Shown: positions 1-34,403, counted from the stretch's first letter. The stretch: DNA of 64,000 nt from Amoebidium appalachense (GCA_963693365.1 CAVNZM010000004.1:6671093-6735092), one strand, 5' to 3'. Numbers and translations: made by a program. Notes: a model not told the origin generated them from the sequence alone.

Positions 1-61
1 GAGAGATATATTTGGGTATAATTTCTTGGGGGGGGGGGGGGGGGGGGGGGGGGCTGCTTAC

Positions 62-1119
62 AAATGCTGGGTCATATAGTCGAACAGCGCCTGGTTGCGA
101 ACTGACGGAGGCAAACAGAGCCACCGAGTCCTCAGGTTTTTCACCTGCGCTGACGTGAATCTCTCGTAGCAGTTGTCATTGCACCTGCAGTAGGGAGGAC
201 ATATGAGAACAAATGAATACTGTACAATACCACCCCTTACGTGACGGTCATCATACTATCACAGCTAGCTATAACAGTATTTTCTCACCCATTATGCATT
301 CCACAGGCAGCTGCAATGTAAAAATGAAGCAAGTCCCCCCACTGGTTGGCTCAGAGCTGACGAGCACCAGAACTTGAATGTGGCACACACACGGGCTTCC
401 GCTCTAGTATTCCACTAATGATTGAATGTACGGAATGCTAGCTCAAACAGTGTCAATTTACATGCGCCGGCTCAGATGATGTGCGCCAGAAGTGTGATTT
501 TTCTTTACCTGCAAGTCATAGCCAAGACACTTTCAATGGCTGCCTCTGACAACTTCTTTTTTGTGTCGGGCAGAAAAGGTTGCGCAGACCCTATGGGCGT
601 GGGCGGGAATGCCCCTGTAGTAACTCGGTCCCTCTGCTGTGCCTCAGCACGGTTACGTTTTAATTTATCAGCCATCGCCGCCTTCGATCTGGCCACCCCA
701 TGTTGCCGCCGTGCCTCCACCTCTTCGATTAATCTTTTTGCATTCTCCTCTTCGGCATCCATTGCTTCTCTTGAAAAAGAAAGCTCCTCCGCACTGCCAC
801 TACCTAATTGACTGCTGCTGATTTGTCTGGTACTCGCCGGGTTGTTGCAGTTTGCTAACGTTGTGTTGTTGCATGTGTCAATACGTGTGCGTTTGCGTGC
901 ACGTGCGCAGCCATCATTAACAATGCTGCCCCGTTTTGCATTTGCATTGTTACCACTTGAGTTAGATGTGAAGTTTTGTTGTAGCTCGCCAAGAACTTTT
1001 CTAGCGTTCGGGCCTGTGGTTAACGTGTCTTTTTGTAATGGGGCTCCCTGCCTTCGACATGTCCCCACGGGCCTGACAGGGCCGCTTCTCACAATTGGGC
1101 CCATTTTACAAGCCCTCAC
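62..1119 (-). pseudogene. 5' exons of a Sola/DUF7869-like transposase gene with one in-frame stop; continues beyond the window start
   Basis: GT-AG exons ~1119-509, 414-289 and 184-62 join in phase to give ...VLAMTCSGILERKPVCVPHSSSGARQL*ANQWGDLLHFYIAAACGMHNGCNDNCYERFTSAQVKNLRTRWLCLPPSVRNQALFDYMTQH. The C-x5-C-x3-C-x2-RF...R..W..L...RNQ.L pattern resembles the Cys-rich region upstream of Sola-type transposase cores. In-frame TGA at 353-351. The catalytic domain is not in the window. Confidence 0.5.
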
Positions 1120-2572
1120 CTACACGTAATTTCCTCTGTTCATATGCTTGAGACGATAGATTAGAATCCCATGCACTTGAAAATGTCACAAACACAAGTC
1201 GTTACTGGGTACGTGTGGCACATGGGTGTTCTCGCATGTATGCTAATGCTAGTTGTCAGGTTCCCCTGGGAGCATGCAGATCTGTTTTGGTGCATCTTTC
1301 GCCAGTCAAACATAGCCAAGTAGGATCTCGACACAATGCTTTGATTGGCGGATATTTTTTATCCAGTCTGGCGCGGTGACATGCCGCACAACAGAATGTG
1401 TGCCTAATGGTTCATAAAAAGGAATCTTTCAAGTGTGAAAATATGGTAGTGTGTCATTGTGGCATAAATGAGTCAACGTAACATATTTTGTAGTAGAAAA
1501 GTTCTGGAGATGTACGAAAATGGAGCCCGTACCTCCTGCTGTTGAACATGTTTTGGAAAAAACCAAACAAAGAACAAGACACCTAAAGCCACATTGCCAC
1601 CGCGCTAGGACAACATGTGTCCTAGTTGGCGCTGGGGTGGCAAAAGGCCAACTCGCATTTTCTTATTGGCCGAGCCTACGCCATTCAAAGAGTGGAAGTT
1701 ACCAAAATTCCTCAGCCATGATCAGATCGTAAGACACACGACTATTGACAGTATAGTGATTATTGCAATAACTCACATGATAAGAGATAAACATTGTTAT
1801 TAGAGACCCTAATTAACAACAACAAAAAAAAAAGAAGTGAAAAAAATAAAATAAAAAGGAAGTAAACGTACATCAGAAGGAATCTAAGCACCCTTGACAT
1901 GATCATAACCCTAGTAGCGGCTAGGAAACTCGCACGATTTATGCCACCAACCAATCAGACTCATGGGAACGCACGAGGCCAACCCGTGCAAACCATTCGA
2001 GCCTTCATTTATTCCGTAAAACTAGAATTGGCGTGCCTAGAATATTCCATGTATAAATTATTTATTATTTCTTTGATTCTGGCAATGGATATTCAGTCCG
2101 AGAAGACAGCAGAGATGTTTAGAATGCACTCTAAAGTAGCTGAAATTTGGTTCGGGATCGACGTGCATTTCATTCATCCAATAGGAAGCAGAGATCTAAG
2201 ATGCTGTATCATGCAGTATGTGTATTCAAAGCCAATCAGAATGAAGAAGCATATGGGGCTCGAAATTTATTTCTCTGACATACCGTAGAATTGGAGTATC
2301 CTTTACAGCTCATACAGTAACTGCCATGTGTGTAGACCAATATATGCCTACATATGCAGACACATATGAAATTCTATTTGATACTCTAACATTATGCAAA
2401 CATCCTTGTTAAATTATTACAATGTACATTGAAGTTAGGGCCGAGTTTGACGCCGCCGGGTCGGCTTGAGAATCTTACAACCCTTTCGTGGATTTAGCCG
2501 GCTTGCGCACCGCTGTCCCTCATTTGCAGTTGCAGTGGTTTCGGTGAGATTCATACCATAGCTTCTTTAAAA

Positions 2573-16659
<14,087 letters not shown>

Positions 16660-17502
16660 CACGGTGACCACAACATCTTAAAGCTTTAACCTCAATCCGA
16701 TCCTTAGGCATGCTCTACCACACTATATACTTTTTTGAACCATACTGTTTGAATTAATGAATGGGTAGCGAAGTGGAGGAGGCAATCTTTCCTTGTTTGT
16801 CTATGGGTTAGCGTGGTTGTGATTGATGTGATAGTAAGTTAGATAGGTTGTATTGTATAACCCTTTACTTTGTATATTGTATGTGATGTTTCACGTGTAG
16901 ACTGATGCTCATACCACTTCTCCTTTGAACTCTTTCCAAAGTCACAGGATGGCCTGCCTGATTGAGAGCGTTCTTCAGCTCTATTATGTTACATTGGGCT
17001 TCTTTGCCTGTAATAGTTGTGAACATCATGTCGGTCAGTTAGCTGGAATTTGTAAAGCACCCTGTTTAAGGATGTATTGTGTAAGACTTATCTCATGTTT
17101 TATTCACAATGTGCATTAAACAATGCCCATACAATTGCAAAACTCCAAATTGCTGTTGTGGAACTACCGTACCCAGCTCCGTTCATTAACCAGCATGTCG
17201 CTTGTTTGCTACCCCTCAAGAACTGTGATACTTCACCTGAAAGATAATGTGCTATCGTGGCTTGCTATGTGGTCGAAGGAACTTATATCGCTGTTTGCAA
17301 ACGGACACCCAACAGTTAAAACGTTGATAAATATATAATTGGATGCTTCCAAAGATGTTTGGGTCGCATTCCATGCACATCCTAGTTTGGGTCCTAGTGT
17401 GCCTAATAGAGATACAATATACATTTTTACAAAATATACAAGGGATAACCGAGCATTTCCATAGAAAACACCCAAATCTCAAAAGTCCTAAGTACCCTCC
17501 TC

Positions 17503-18753
17503 CAGATAGCATGGTGGCCACGTGTATGGCAAGACTCGGTGCAGTGGGTAACCACATGCAAAGCCTGTCAATACCGGAAGACACCCCGAATGCAAAAGAA
17601 ACTACGAATTCACGATGGTTTTATCCCCACCTATCCCTTTCAATACGTGTCTATGGACATTACTGAGATGCCTACGAAATCTGATCTCAGAGTTTCCCTG
17701 TTGGTGTTTCTCGACCTCTTCACTCGCTGGCCGGAAGTGATTTTATTTCACAAAACACCCACAGCCGAAGATGTGGCAAAGGCATTCGAAGACTCCATCT
17801 ACTGCCGTCACGGTCGTCCGGAATTTTTAGTATCAGACAACGGCGCGAATTTGGCAGCTATGTTGGTCACAGATGTCTGTCGAGTGTTGGCTACAAAACG
17901 AATTTTTGCAAGTCCCTACAGCCCCCAGACCAATGGTGCCGTAGAGCGATTCAATCGCACACTTAAGAATATTCTTGCCACTCTCGTGCAGGATAAACAC
18001 CACGAATGGATTGACTACTTACCGCAAGTACTGTTTTCCTACCGCACCGCCTACCACTCTTCCTTGGGGGACACGCCATTCTTCATGCTTTATGGCAGAG
18101 ATCCGGTCGAGCCTCCCCGCCCCCCAATTGCGGCTTCATGTGGGATGGAGACGGAGGAATACCGTCGAGAACTACTGCAACGAGTGCAGTATGCCCGGCA
18201 AACAGTCACACGAATTATGTCTGAAGCTGCCCGTCGTAGTAAAATCACGGCTAACAAAAATGCTCGTGAACCCACAGAACTCGAGGGTCTGGTGTTGAAA
18301 GCAGTCACAGACTCCACCACCGACCACAGTCTACCCACGGCACTCAGACCTAAATGGGAAGGTCCGTATCGCGTCCTGCGGCGCGTTACCGACGCCCCCA
18401 TGTCTTACGAAATTCAGCGGGTTGGGTCAACGGACACCGTTCGAGCACACGCACGTCACTTGAAGCCGTATTTTCCCCGTGACGACGTTGATATGACGCC
18501 AGCCGACTCTGGTCCGCAAGATTCACCCACCCCCACCTTCGAAGTGGCAAAAATTATTGCCCACAAGTACGACTCGGCAACTGCCCAAGCCCTTTACAAA
18601 GTTCGTTGGAAAGGGTACACGGCTAAGAACGACACCTGGGAACCTCACTCCGGCCTGCAAGACACAGCCGCAGGAGCACTCACAGACTACCTAGGTACTT
18701 TGGTGGCCGGCCCTGCCAGCCAGCCCGCACGAAAGAAGCGCCGACGTCGCTAA
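17503..18753 (+). CDS. Retrotransposon integrase with GPY/F motif and C-terminal chromodomain (5'-truncated pol)
   Basis: WWPRVWQDSVQWVTTCKACQ (second half of the HHCC finger); SMD..., LVSDNG and QTNGAVERFNRTLK (DDE core); PKWEGPYRV; chromodomain FEVAKII...YKVRWKGYTAKNDTWEP. Frame is uninterrupted. Confidence 0.95.
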   Translation, partial: QIAWWPRVWQDSVQWVTTCKACQYRKTPRMQKKLRIHDGFIPTYPFQYVSMDITEMPTKSDLRVSLLVFLDLFTRWPEVILFHKTPTAEDVAKAFEDSIYCRHGRPEFLVSDNGANLAAMLVTDVCRVLATKRIFASPYSPQTNGAVERFNRTLKNILATLVQDKHHEWIDYLPQVLFSYRTAYHSSLGDTPFFMLYGRDPVEPPRPPIAASCGMETEEYRRELLQRVQYARQTVTRIMSEAARRSKITANKNAREPTELEGLVLKAVTDSTTDHSLPTALRPKWEGPYRVLRRVTDAPMSYEIQRVGSTDTVRAHARHLKPYFPRDDVDMTPADSGPQDSPTPTFEVAKIIAHKYDSATAQALYKVRWKGYTAKNDTWEPHSGLQDTAAGALTDYLGTLVAGPASQPARKKRRRR

Positions 18754-18804
18754 CTTCCCTCAGCCTGGTGGTTTACCGTCTCCAGACCATACCACCAGGC
18801 TCCC

Positions 18805-18818
18805 GAGAAGGGGGGGAG
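18805..18818 (+). other. Polypurine tract (plus-strand primer)
   Basis: GAGAAGGGGGGGAG immediately 5' of the TG that starts the LTR. Confidence 0.9.
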
Positions 18819-19428
18819 TGTAAACATCTGTACACGCCGTACATGTTTACTATTACGAATATACTGTACATATCATAGTGATCACGTAGATATTGTGTAC
18901 ATATGATCAGATCAATATCACACGCGACAGCCGCGGGCTGCGGCTCACGACTGAGCCGCGGCGCCGGCAATATGCAGTGGCCGTGCAGTCAGTATGAACC
19001 AATAGAATTCGAGAACCGCTAGGATAGGAATGCAAGTCTCATCCACTACGGAGGCGACATCTATAGCTAAACGAACGGAACCAATAAGGAAATCAGACCC
19101 AGTTGCATAAACCTAAACGGGCTTAAGTATTGACCAATCATTTGCCACAAAGTTATCCTTTTAGTTAGCTTCATGTTATTGGTGCACTGTGTGCACATAA
19201 AGACGACCGCACTCTTCTGACTGGTCAGAAGTCACGAAGGCATCAATGCCACCCATCCAGATGATCCGGAACCTGGGGGCTATATAAACAAGCCGTCCCA
19301 GTACGGGGGATCACTCTGAACGAGCACATTAAATAGTAACCTGGCCGCGTGTGCCTTACTACCCGTTCTCTGTCTTTATTCTGATTCAGTTGTTCTCTGC
19401 CTTATCCCAACTAGTTCAACTGTTTACA
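18819..19428 (+). repeat. 3' LTR (~610 bp)
   Basis: 8-bp terminal inverted repeat TGTAAACA/TGTTTACA, TATA-like CTATATAAA at ~19280, directly follows the PPT. Confidence 0.9.
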
Positions 19429-22400
19429 CAGGGGCGGCAGAGGGGTCGGTAAGGGCGCCGACGGGCTGACAGTTATCGGCGCCTAAGCTCAGATGCTTCC
19501 TTGGAATGCACTAAAAGTCTTGCCAGCCTCCTTGGCTTGCTATCCTCCTGTAATTTGATTGGATGCGTGCAATGATTGGGGACTCGTCATTGGCTAACAG
19601 GGGCGGCAGGGGGGTCGGTAAGTGCGCAGGCTCATGGGCTGACAGTTATCGGCGCCTAGGCGCCGACGCGTCCGTAGAATGCACTAAAAAGTTTGCCAGC
19701 CTTCGTTGGCCATCCTACTCTAATTTGATTGGGTGCCTGCATTGGTGACTCGCCATTGGCTAAGAGGGGCGGCAGGCGGGTGTTGAGGATGCCAACTTCG
19801 GGCTGACATTTATAGGTTGCCTAGGCGCCGACGCGTGCGTGGAATGCAAATTTTTTTTGCCAGGATTATTAGTTTGCCATCCTCTTGTAATTTGATTGGG
19901 TGCCTGCATTGGGGACTCGTCATTGGCTAACAGGGGCGGCAGGGGGGTCGGTAAGGGCGCCGACGGGCTGACAGTTATCTAGGCGCCGACGCGTCCGTGG
20001 AATGCACTAAAACTTTTGACAGCCTCCTTGGTTTGCCATCCTCCTGTAATTTGATTGCCAATGGGTGCCTGCATTGGGGACTGGTCATTGGCTAACAGGG
20101 GCGGCAGAGGGGTCGGTAAGGGCGCCGACGGGCTGACAGTTATCGGCGTCTGAGCTCAGATGCTTCCTTGGAATGCACTAAAAGTCTTGCCAGCCTCCTT
20201 GGTTTGCTATCCTCCTGTAATTTGATTGGATGCGTGCAATGATTGGGGACTCGTCATTGGCTAACAGGGGCGGCAGGGGGGTCGGTAAGTGCGCCGATGG
20301 GCTGACAGTTATCAGGCGCCGACGCGTCCGTAGAATGCACTAAAAAATTTGCCAGCCTTCGTAGGCCATCCTCCTCCAATTTGATTGGGTGCCTGCATTG
20401 GGCACTCGTCATTGGCTAACAGGGGCGGCGGGGGGGGTCGGTAAGGGCACCGACGGGCTGACAGTTATCGGCGCCTAGGCGTTGACGCGTCCGTGCCATG
20501 CACTAAAAATCTTGCCAGCCTACTTGGTTTGCCATCCTCCTATAATTTGATTGGGTGCCTGCATTGGGGACTCGTCACTGGCTAACAAGGGCGGCAGGGG
20601 GGTTGGTAAGGGCGCCGACGGGCTGACAGTTATCAGCGCCTAGGCGCCGACGTGTACGCGGAATGCGCTAAAAATTTTGCCAGCCTCCTTAGTTGGCCAT
20701 CCTCCTGTAATTTGATTGGGTGCCTGCATTGGGGACTCGTCATTGGCTAACAGGGGCAGCAGGGGGGTCGGTAAGGGCACCGAAGGGCTGACAGTAATCG
20801 GCGCCTAGGCGCGACGCGTCTGTGGGATCCACTAAAATTTTTGTCTGCCTCCTTGGTTTGCCATCCTCCTGTAATTTAATTGGGTGCCTGCATTCAAGTT
20901 GGGGACTCGTCATTGGCTAACAGGGGCGACAGGGGGGTCGGTAAGGGCACCGACGGGCCGGGCTGACAGGTATCGGCGCCTATGCGCGGACGCCTCCGTG
21001 GAATGCAGTAAAACTCTTGCCAGCCTCCTGGGTTTACCATCCTCCTGTAATTTGATTGTGTGCCTGCATTGGGGACTCGTCATTGGCTACTACAGGGGCG
21101 GCAGGGGGGTCGGTAGAGGTGCCGACCGTCACGGGCTGACAGTTATCGGCGCCTAGGCGCTGACGCGTTGGTGGAATGCACTAAAACTCTTGCCAGCCTC
21201 CTTGCTTTGTCATCCTCCTGTAATTTGATTGGGTGCCTGCCATTGGGGACTCGTCATTGGCTAACAGGGGCGGCAGGGCGGGCGGTAAGGGCGCCGCCGG
21301 CCTGACAGTTATCGGCGCCTAGGCGCCGAAGCTTCCGTGGAATGCGCTAAAACTTTTGGCAGCCTCCTTGGTTGGCCATCCTCCTGTAATTTGATTGGGT
21401 GCCTGCATTGGTGACTCGTCATTGGCTAACAGGGGCGAAAGGCGGGTGTTGAGGACGCAGACGGGCTGACAGTGATCGGCGCCTAGGAGCCAACGCGTCC
21501 GTGGAATGCATTAAAATTTTTGCCAGCCTCCTTGGTTTGCCATCCTCCTGTAATTTGATTGGGTTCCTGCATTGGGCACTCGTGATTGGCTAACAGGGGC
21601 TGCAGGGGGGTCGGTAAGGGCGCCGACGGGCTGGCAGTTATCGGCGCATACGCGCGTCCGCGTCCGTGGAATGCACTAAAAAATTTGCCAGCCTCATTGG
21701 TTTGCCATCCTCCCGTAATTTGATTGGGTGCCTGCATTGGGGACTCGTCATTGGCTAACAGGGGCGGCAGGCGGTTGGTAAGGGCGCCGACGGGCTGACA
21801 GTGATCGGTGTCTATGCGCCGACGCCGTGCAATGCACTTAAATTGGCCAGACGCCTTGATTAGCCATCCTTTTGTAATTTGATTGGGTGCCTGCATTGGG
21901 GACTCGTCATAGGCTAACAGGGGCGGCAGGCGGGTGGTAAGGGCGCCGGCGGCTGACAGTGATCGGCGTGCCATTCACCTGTAATTTGATTGGGTGCCTG
22001 CATTGGGGAATTGTCATTGGCTAACAGGGGCGGCAGGCGGGTGGTAAGGGCGCCGACGGGCTGACAGTGATCGGCGCCTAGGCGCAGACGCGTCCGTGGA
22101 ATGCACTAAATTTTTTGCTAGCCTCCTTGGTTTGCCATCCTCCTGTAATCTGATTGGGTGCCTGCATTGGGGACTCGTCATTGGCTCACAGGGGCGGCAG
22201 GTGGGTGGTAAGGGCGCCGACGGGCGGACAAAGATCGGCGCCTAGGCGCTGACCCGTCTGTGGAATGCACTAAAAGTTTTGGCAGCCTCCTTGGTTTGCC
22301 ACCCTCCTGTAATTTGATTGGGTGCCTTTTTGGGGACTCGTCATGGCTAACAGGGGCGGCACGCGGGTGGTAAGGGCGCCGACGGGCTGACAGTGATCGG

Positions 22401-22594
22401 CGCCTAGGCGCCGACGCGTCCGTCGAATGCACTAAAATTTTTATCAGCCTCCTTGGTTTGCCATCCTCCCTACTTTGATTGGGTGCCTGCATTTTGGACT
22501 TGTCATTGGCTAACAGGAGCGGCAAGCGGTTGGTAAGGGCGCCGACGGGCTGACAGTGATCCGCACCTAGGTGCCGATGACGGGTTCGTGGAAT
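19429..22594. repeat. Tandem satellite, ~165-bp monomer, ~20 copies
   Basis: Monomer CAGGGGCGGCAGGGGGGTCGGTAAGGGCGCCGACGGGCTGACAGTTATCGGCGCCTAGGCGCCGACGCGTCCGTGGAATGCACTAAAA...GATTGGGTGCCTGCATTGGGGACTCGTCATTGGCTAA. Starts at about 19429, 19598, 19763, 19931, 20096 ... 22514. Confidence 0.97.
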
Positions 22595-22797
22595 ATGCAA
22601 CTGCAGGCACGTTTTGGGGCTGGATTTTTTTTTTTGCACTTGTCCTCCCGAAGGGGTAGGATCGTTTACGGGGGGAATACCGTCTATTTCGGGATGCTTT
22701 TTTTACTGGAATCTTATTTTTGCCCTTCTCCCCTCGAGGGGTAGGATAAAACCCTTTCCTCGTGCTGGCGCCCGCGACGGGTAAGATAAGATATATA

Positions 22798-23309
22798 CAG
22801 TCACCGACCTGAAAATTCCGCTAATGACATTGTCAACCTATGTAAACAAAAATTAGGCGTTTTGATTTGGCCATTATCAGTGCAGCGCCTTATTAGAATG
22901 AGCGGGGGCAAATTCCTTTGAAGATTTAATTGGTTACAATCCGTCGATTTTATCGGCATTATATCGGGGCACTATTTTGGACCTATTAAATTACTATTGG
23001 CTATAATTTTTGTTCTTGGCATCGTAAAATGATAACATAACTAAGCAGAAAAGCTTTTTTGTAGCCAGTTCTAGCCTTTCGAGCTTCCAAACATCATTCA
23101 ACCACCATTTGCCACGGTTGGCGCCCGCGCCTTCTTTTTTTTTTGCCCCCTCACAATACGACATTCCCGTTCCCTCTGTTTTTTTCCACAGCCAATGAGG
23201 CTCGTCGAATTCCATAGACCTAATCCTGTTCGATTGGATGAAGATCACGTACGGAGGGCCAAATTAGGCTCTGTGCACGTGATCGGCGGAAATTTCAGGT
23301 CGGTGACTG
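22798..23309. mobile_element. Tc1/mariner-type MITE (~512 bp)
   Basis: ~24-bp TIRs CAGTCACCGACCTGAAA(A/T)TTCCGC at both ends, flanked by TA on each side, non-coding interior. Confidence 0.9.
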
Positions 23310-23440
23310 TAGCTTAGGTTTACTGCGGTAATGCTTTTTGGGCTGGAGTTCCCCCCCCCCCCCTTCTCTCCGGCCTGAAGGGTGGGATCATATACTTATA
23401 CAGTATATGATTCATTGAACTGCGGACACGTCTTGGGCGT

Positions 23441-23488
<48 letters not shown>

Positions 23489-23757
23489 GCCCTTGTCTTC
23501 CCGAAGGGTAGAATCAGATATGATCTACTGCGGGACCGTTTTTTTGGGTTGGAATTTTTTTCGTCCTGCTCCCTCTGACGGTTAGAATCATAGCCTTTTT
23601 CTCAGCTGCAGTGGTCAACTGCGGGCACGTTTTTGTGGACCTCCGAGACACACCTTTTACAATTTACATGGCTACAATATGACGTGCAATAAATGTTACA
23701 GGTAAGTGGTATTACAGATATATCGACGCCCATTGTATTGAGCTTTAAAGGTATTAA

Positions 23758-23988
23758 GGCAACCACCGCTACTTCCATTTTAGCGTCTGGGCGGGAAGTC
23801 ACATTGGTGACGTCATTCTGTGCACAAATTCCATGACGCCGTGTAGCCAGAAGTTGGCTCTGTCGAATGTCGACATCGGCATGTGATACAATTTGATTGT
23901 CTCTCTTCATTGGTGAGACACATTTGAGAACTGTGGCTCTCGTAAGGTCAGCGCCCAGACGCCTAAAATGGAAGAAGCAGTGGTTGGT
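23758..23988. mobile_element. Small MITE (~231 bp) flanked by TTAA
   Basis: Imperfect ~37-bp TIRs (GGCAACCACCGCTACTTCCATTTTAGCGTCTGGGCG / CGCCCAGACGCCTAAAATGGAAGAAGCAGTGGTTGGT) with TTAA on both sides. Confidence 0.75.
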
Positions 23989-24593
23989 TTAAGGGACCCT
24001 TAAGATAGGTTCATGCACACGGAGGTCTGTTAGGCAGGTTTTCATCCTTGGTACCGGTTCCGTGTATGCACATATTTGTACATGGTTGAGGCACATGTTG
24101 GCATTTGGTGGCATCAAGGCCATATGTACGTATATGTTAGCGATGAGATCGCTATTCAGCCAATCAATCTCGATTGGCTGTTTATTGTCGCCAAACATTT
24201 TACTATCAACGAGTTTTTGGCTGCGGTTTTTCTGAAGAGGCATGAGGTGATCAGTGATGAATCCTGTGACGTTGCTCCTGCACGCAAGAGGGTGGTGTGT
24301 CTCAGGATCTCAAACAATACACACGTCGGAGCCTGCTTGAAATTCTTAGGATAGCATCAACACTTTGGCTCAGATTAACAGGCTACACCCAGTATAGCAT
24401 TCGATTTATGAATTCGTTTTCACGGTCTTTACTGATAAGGTACGAGCATCAACCAATAATAATTATAGCTACATTTGAAATCGAGCTGAGTACTTTTCAA
24501 ATTTCAAGTTTGAATTCCGGGGTAAATGCTGGCCAGCAGCATTCCCCACCAATCATTTTGCTCCTAAAGTGCCCGCTGGATTAACTCTTTCTG

Positions 24594-32650
<8,057 letters not shown>

Positions 32651-33629
32651 TTTGATGTTTGAGATCTCCAAATGTTGTCGAGGATGGTGGGATTTGAAGA
32701 CAGAGGAAAGTGCTGATGACGAATTGATGCTCAAGAACCGATTCCGCTTATCTTACGCTTGTGCGTGGTTTTAGGTTTCGTTGCTGCAAAACGGATGTCG
32801 AAATGAACAGGTGTTTTCAATGGTCCTGCGTGTGAAATACTTTGTGGTGTGAAGCTATAGATGAGGTCTACTGAAACTTTGTGACTCGTAAGCAACAATG
32901 CTGCTAGAATTGCAGTTTGGCCTGTACGATTACTATCAGAAGTGCGAAATAAGCTTGCACCGTTTGAATAGGACGTAAAAGTGAATATTGAAGTGTGCAA
33001 TCACCGCTGACCCTAAAACCATTGCCTAGGGGTTTAGAAGAAATGGATTGCGCTCGCTAATTAACGCGTTTCCGAATCTTTGACCTCTCACTAAGGCGCT
33101 GCCTGATACTTCTTTTACAGCGCCTAAAGCTCAACTGGATTAATAACCAACGATTAGGCACAACGCGTGTAACGCTGAGTTGCGGCACTTGGAAACGAAA
33201 GGAAACTACACGGCTGGCTGTGTGACTGAGCAGCCGCTTGTGCGCGCGAAGACCGCGAAACTTCCAAACACAACAGAGACGGCGATGGCACCTGATAAAC
33301 CATAAATGGCTAATTTGACAGCTGTGCATTAAAGCAGCAACTCACTCCCTGAGTTGAAAATTTCTAAAAATGAGCTTGTGACTGCCAAATATGGTAATTT
33401 CTATTGATTGGACTCGAGAACTCTTCTTTAACGTTGACCTCTTTTCTTTTCACGTGCCGAGCCAATTTGTTGAAGCCAGTTGCCAATTTTTTTTGAAAAC
33501 AGCAAAGAATCACCAACATTAGCATGCAATAGTAAAATTTAACGACTTATTCTGTGTTTAGGGGACTGCTTTCTGAGGTATTCGCTCCTCTGCATACGCG
33601 TAAACGGGCCTAAAGTCGCCTTCGCAAAC
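32651..33629. promoter_or_regulatory. Probable bidirectional promoter between DnaJ (-) and SNRNP27 (+)
   Basis: Start codons are head-to-head ~980 bp apart, and the region lacks the microsatellites found elsewhere. Specific sites not identified. Confidence 0.55.
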
Positions 33630-34403
33630 ATGAGCGAGGTTGTGGACGAGTTTGGGCGGGTGATATCCCGTGGGGATAGCAGAGACACAAGAGACAAGGA
33701 TAGGTCGAAGGACAGAGACAAAGACAGAGACAGAGACAGAGAAAGGGATAGGGACAGAGATAGAGGCAGAGACAGGGAGAGAGATAGGGACAGAGACAGA
33801 GACAAGGGGAAAGATCGAGACAAGGACAGAGACAGGGATAGAGACAGAGATAGAGGCAGGGAGAGAGACAAAAGCAGAGACCACAAGGATAGGGATAGAG
33901 AGCGCAGCCGTGAGCGTGACCGGGATCGCAGAGACGACAAAGAGAGGGGCAAGGACAGAGAGAAGGACGGAGGTGGGGTGAGGGAGAGAGGCAGGCGGGA
34001 GAGCGAGCAACCCCCCCGTGACTACACTTCCACTCCTGCAGTTTCAAACGGCGCAGCTGCCGCAGTTGGGTTTATGCACCCCTCTCGTGCCGCCGCTTTG
34101 GGTATAAGCATCCCACCACCAGCGCCGCCCCCAACTCAACAAGAAAGGTACGACAGTGATTCGGCACGTGAAGACGGAAGTCGTTTGGACGAGATGGACA
34201 CCGGAGATGAAGGCGAGGAGCAGGTGGATGACGAGCTTGCAGCCATGCAGGCGCTGATGGGGTTTTCTGGTTTCGACTCGACGAAAGGAAAAAAGGTGGC
34301 GGGCACAGACGTGAGTGCGGTTAAGCTCAAACAGAAGCGCCGCTACCGCCAGTATATGAACAGAAGGGGAGGTTTCAACAGACCCCTGGATAACATCAAG
34401 TGA
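33630..34403 (+). CDS. SNRNP27: U4/U6.U5 tri-snRNP 27 kDa protein, intronless
   Basis: RD/RE-rich N-terminus and the conserved C-terminus [14 protein letters not shown]...[19 protein letters not shown]. Confidence 0.95.
   Translation: MSEVVDEFGRVISRGDSRDTRDKDRSKDRDKDRDRDRERDRDRDRGRDRERDRDRDRDKGKDRDKDRDRDRDRDRGRERDKSRDHKDRDRERSRERDRDRRDDKERGKDREKDGGGVRERGRRESEQPPRDYTSTPAVSNGAAAAVGFMHPSRAAALGISIPPPAPPPTQQERYDSDSAREDGSRLDEMDTGDEGEEQVDDELAAMQALMGFSGFDSTKGKKVAGTDVSAVKLKQKRRYRQYMNRRGGFNRPLDNIK

Larger units (their letters stand above)
17500..19428 (+). mobile_element. 3' portion of a Ty3/Gypsy chromovirus LTR retrotransposon (integrase-chromodomain, PPT, 3' LTR)
   Basis: Integrase ORF, then a polypurine tract (18805-18818), then an LTR bounded by TGTAAACA...TGTTTACA. 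The 5' part is cut off at 17499/17500. Confidence 0.95.

Noticed and set aside
19429-22594. CRISPR-like array
   Set aside because: Whole ~165-bp units are homologous, with no unique spacers and no cas genes; this is a tandem satellite.
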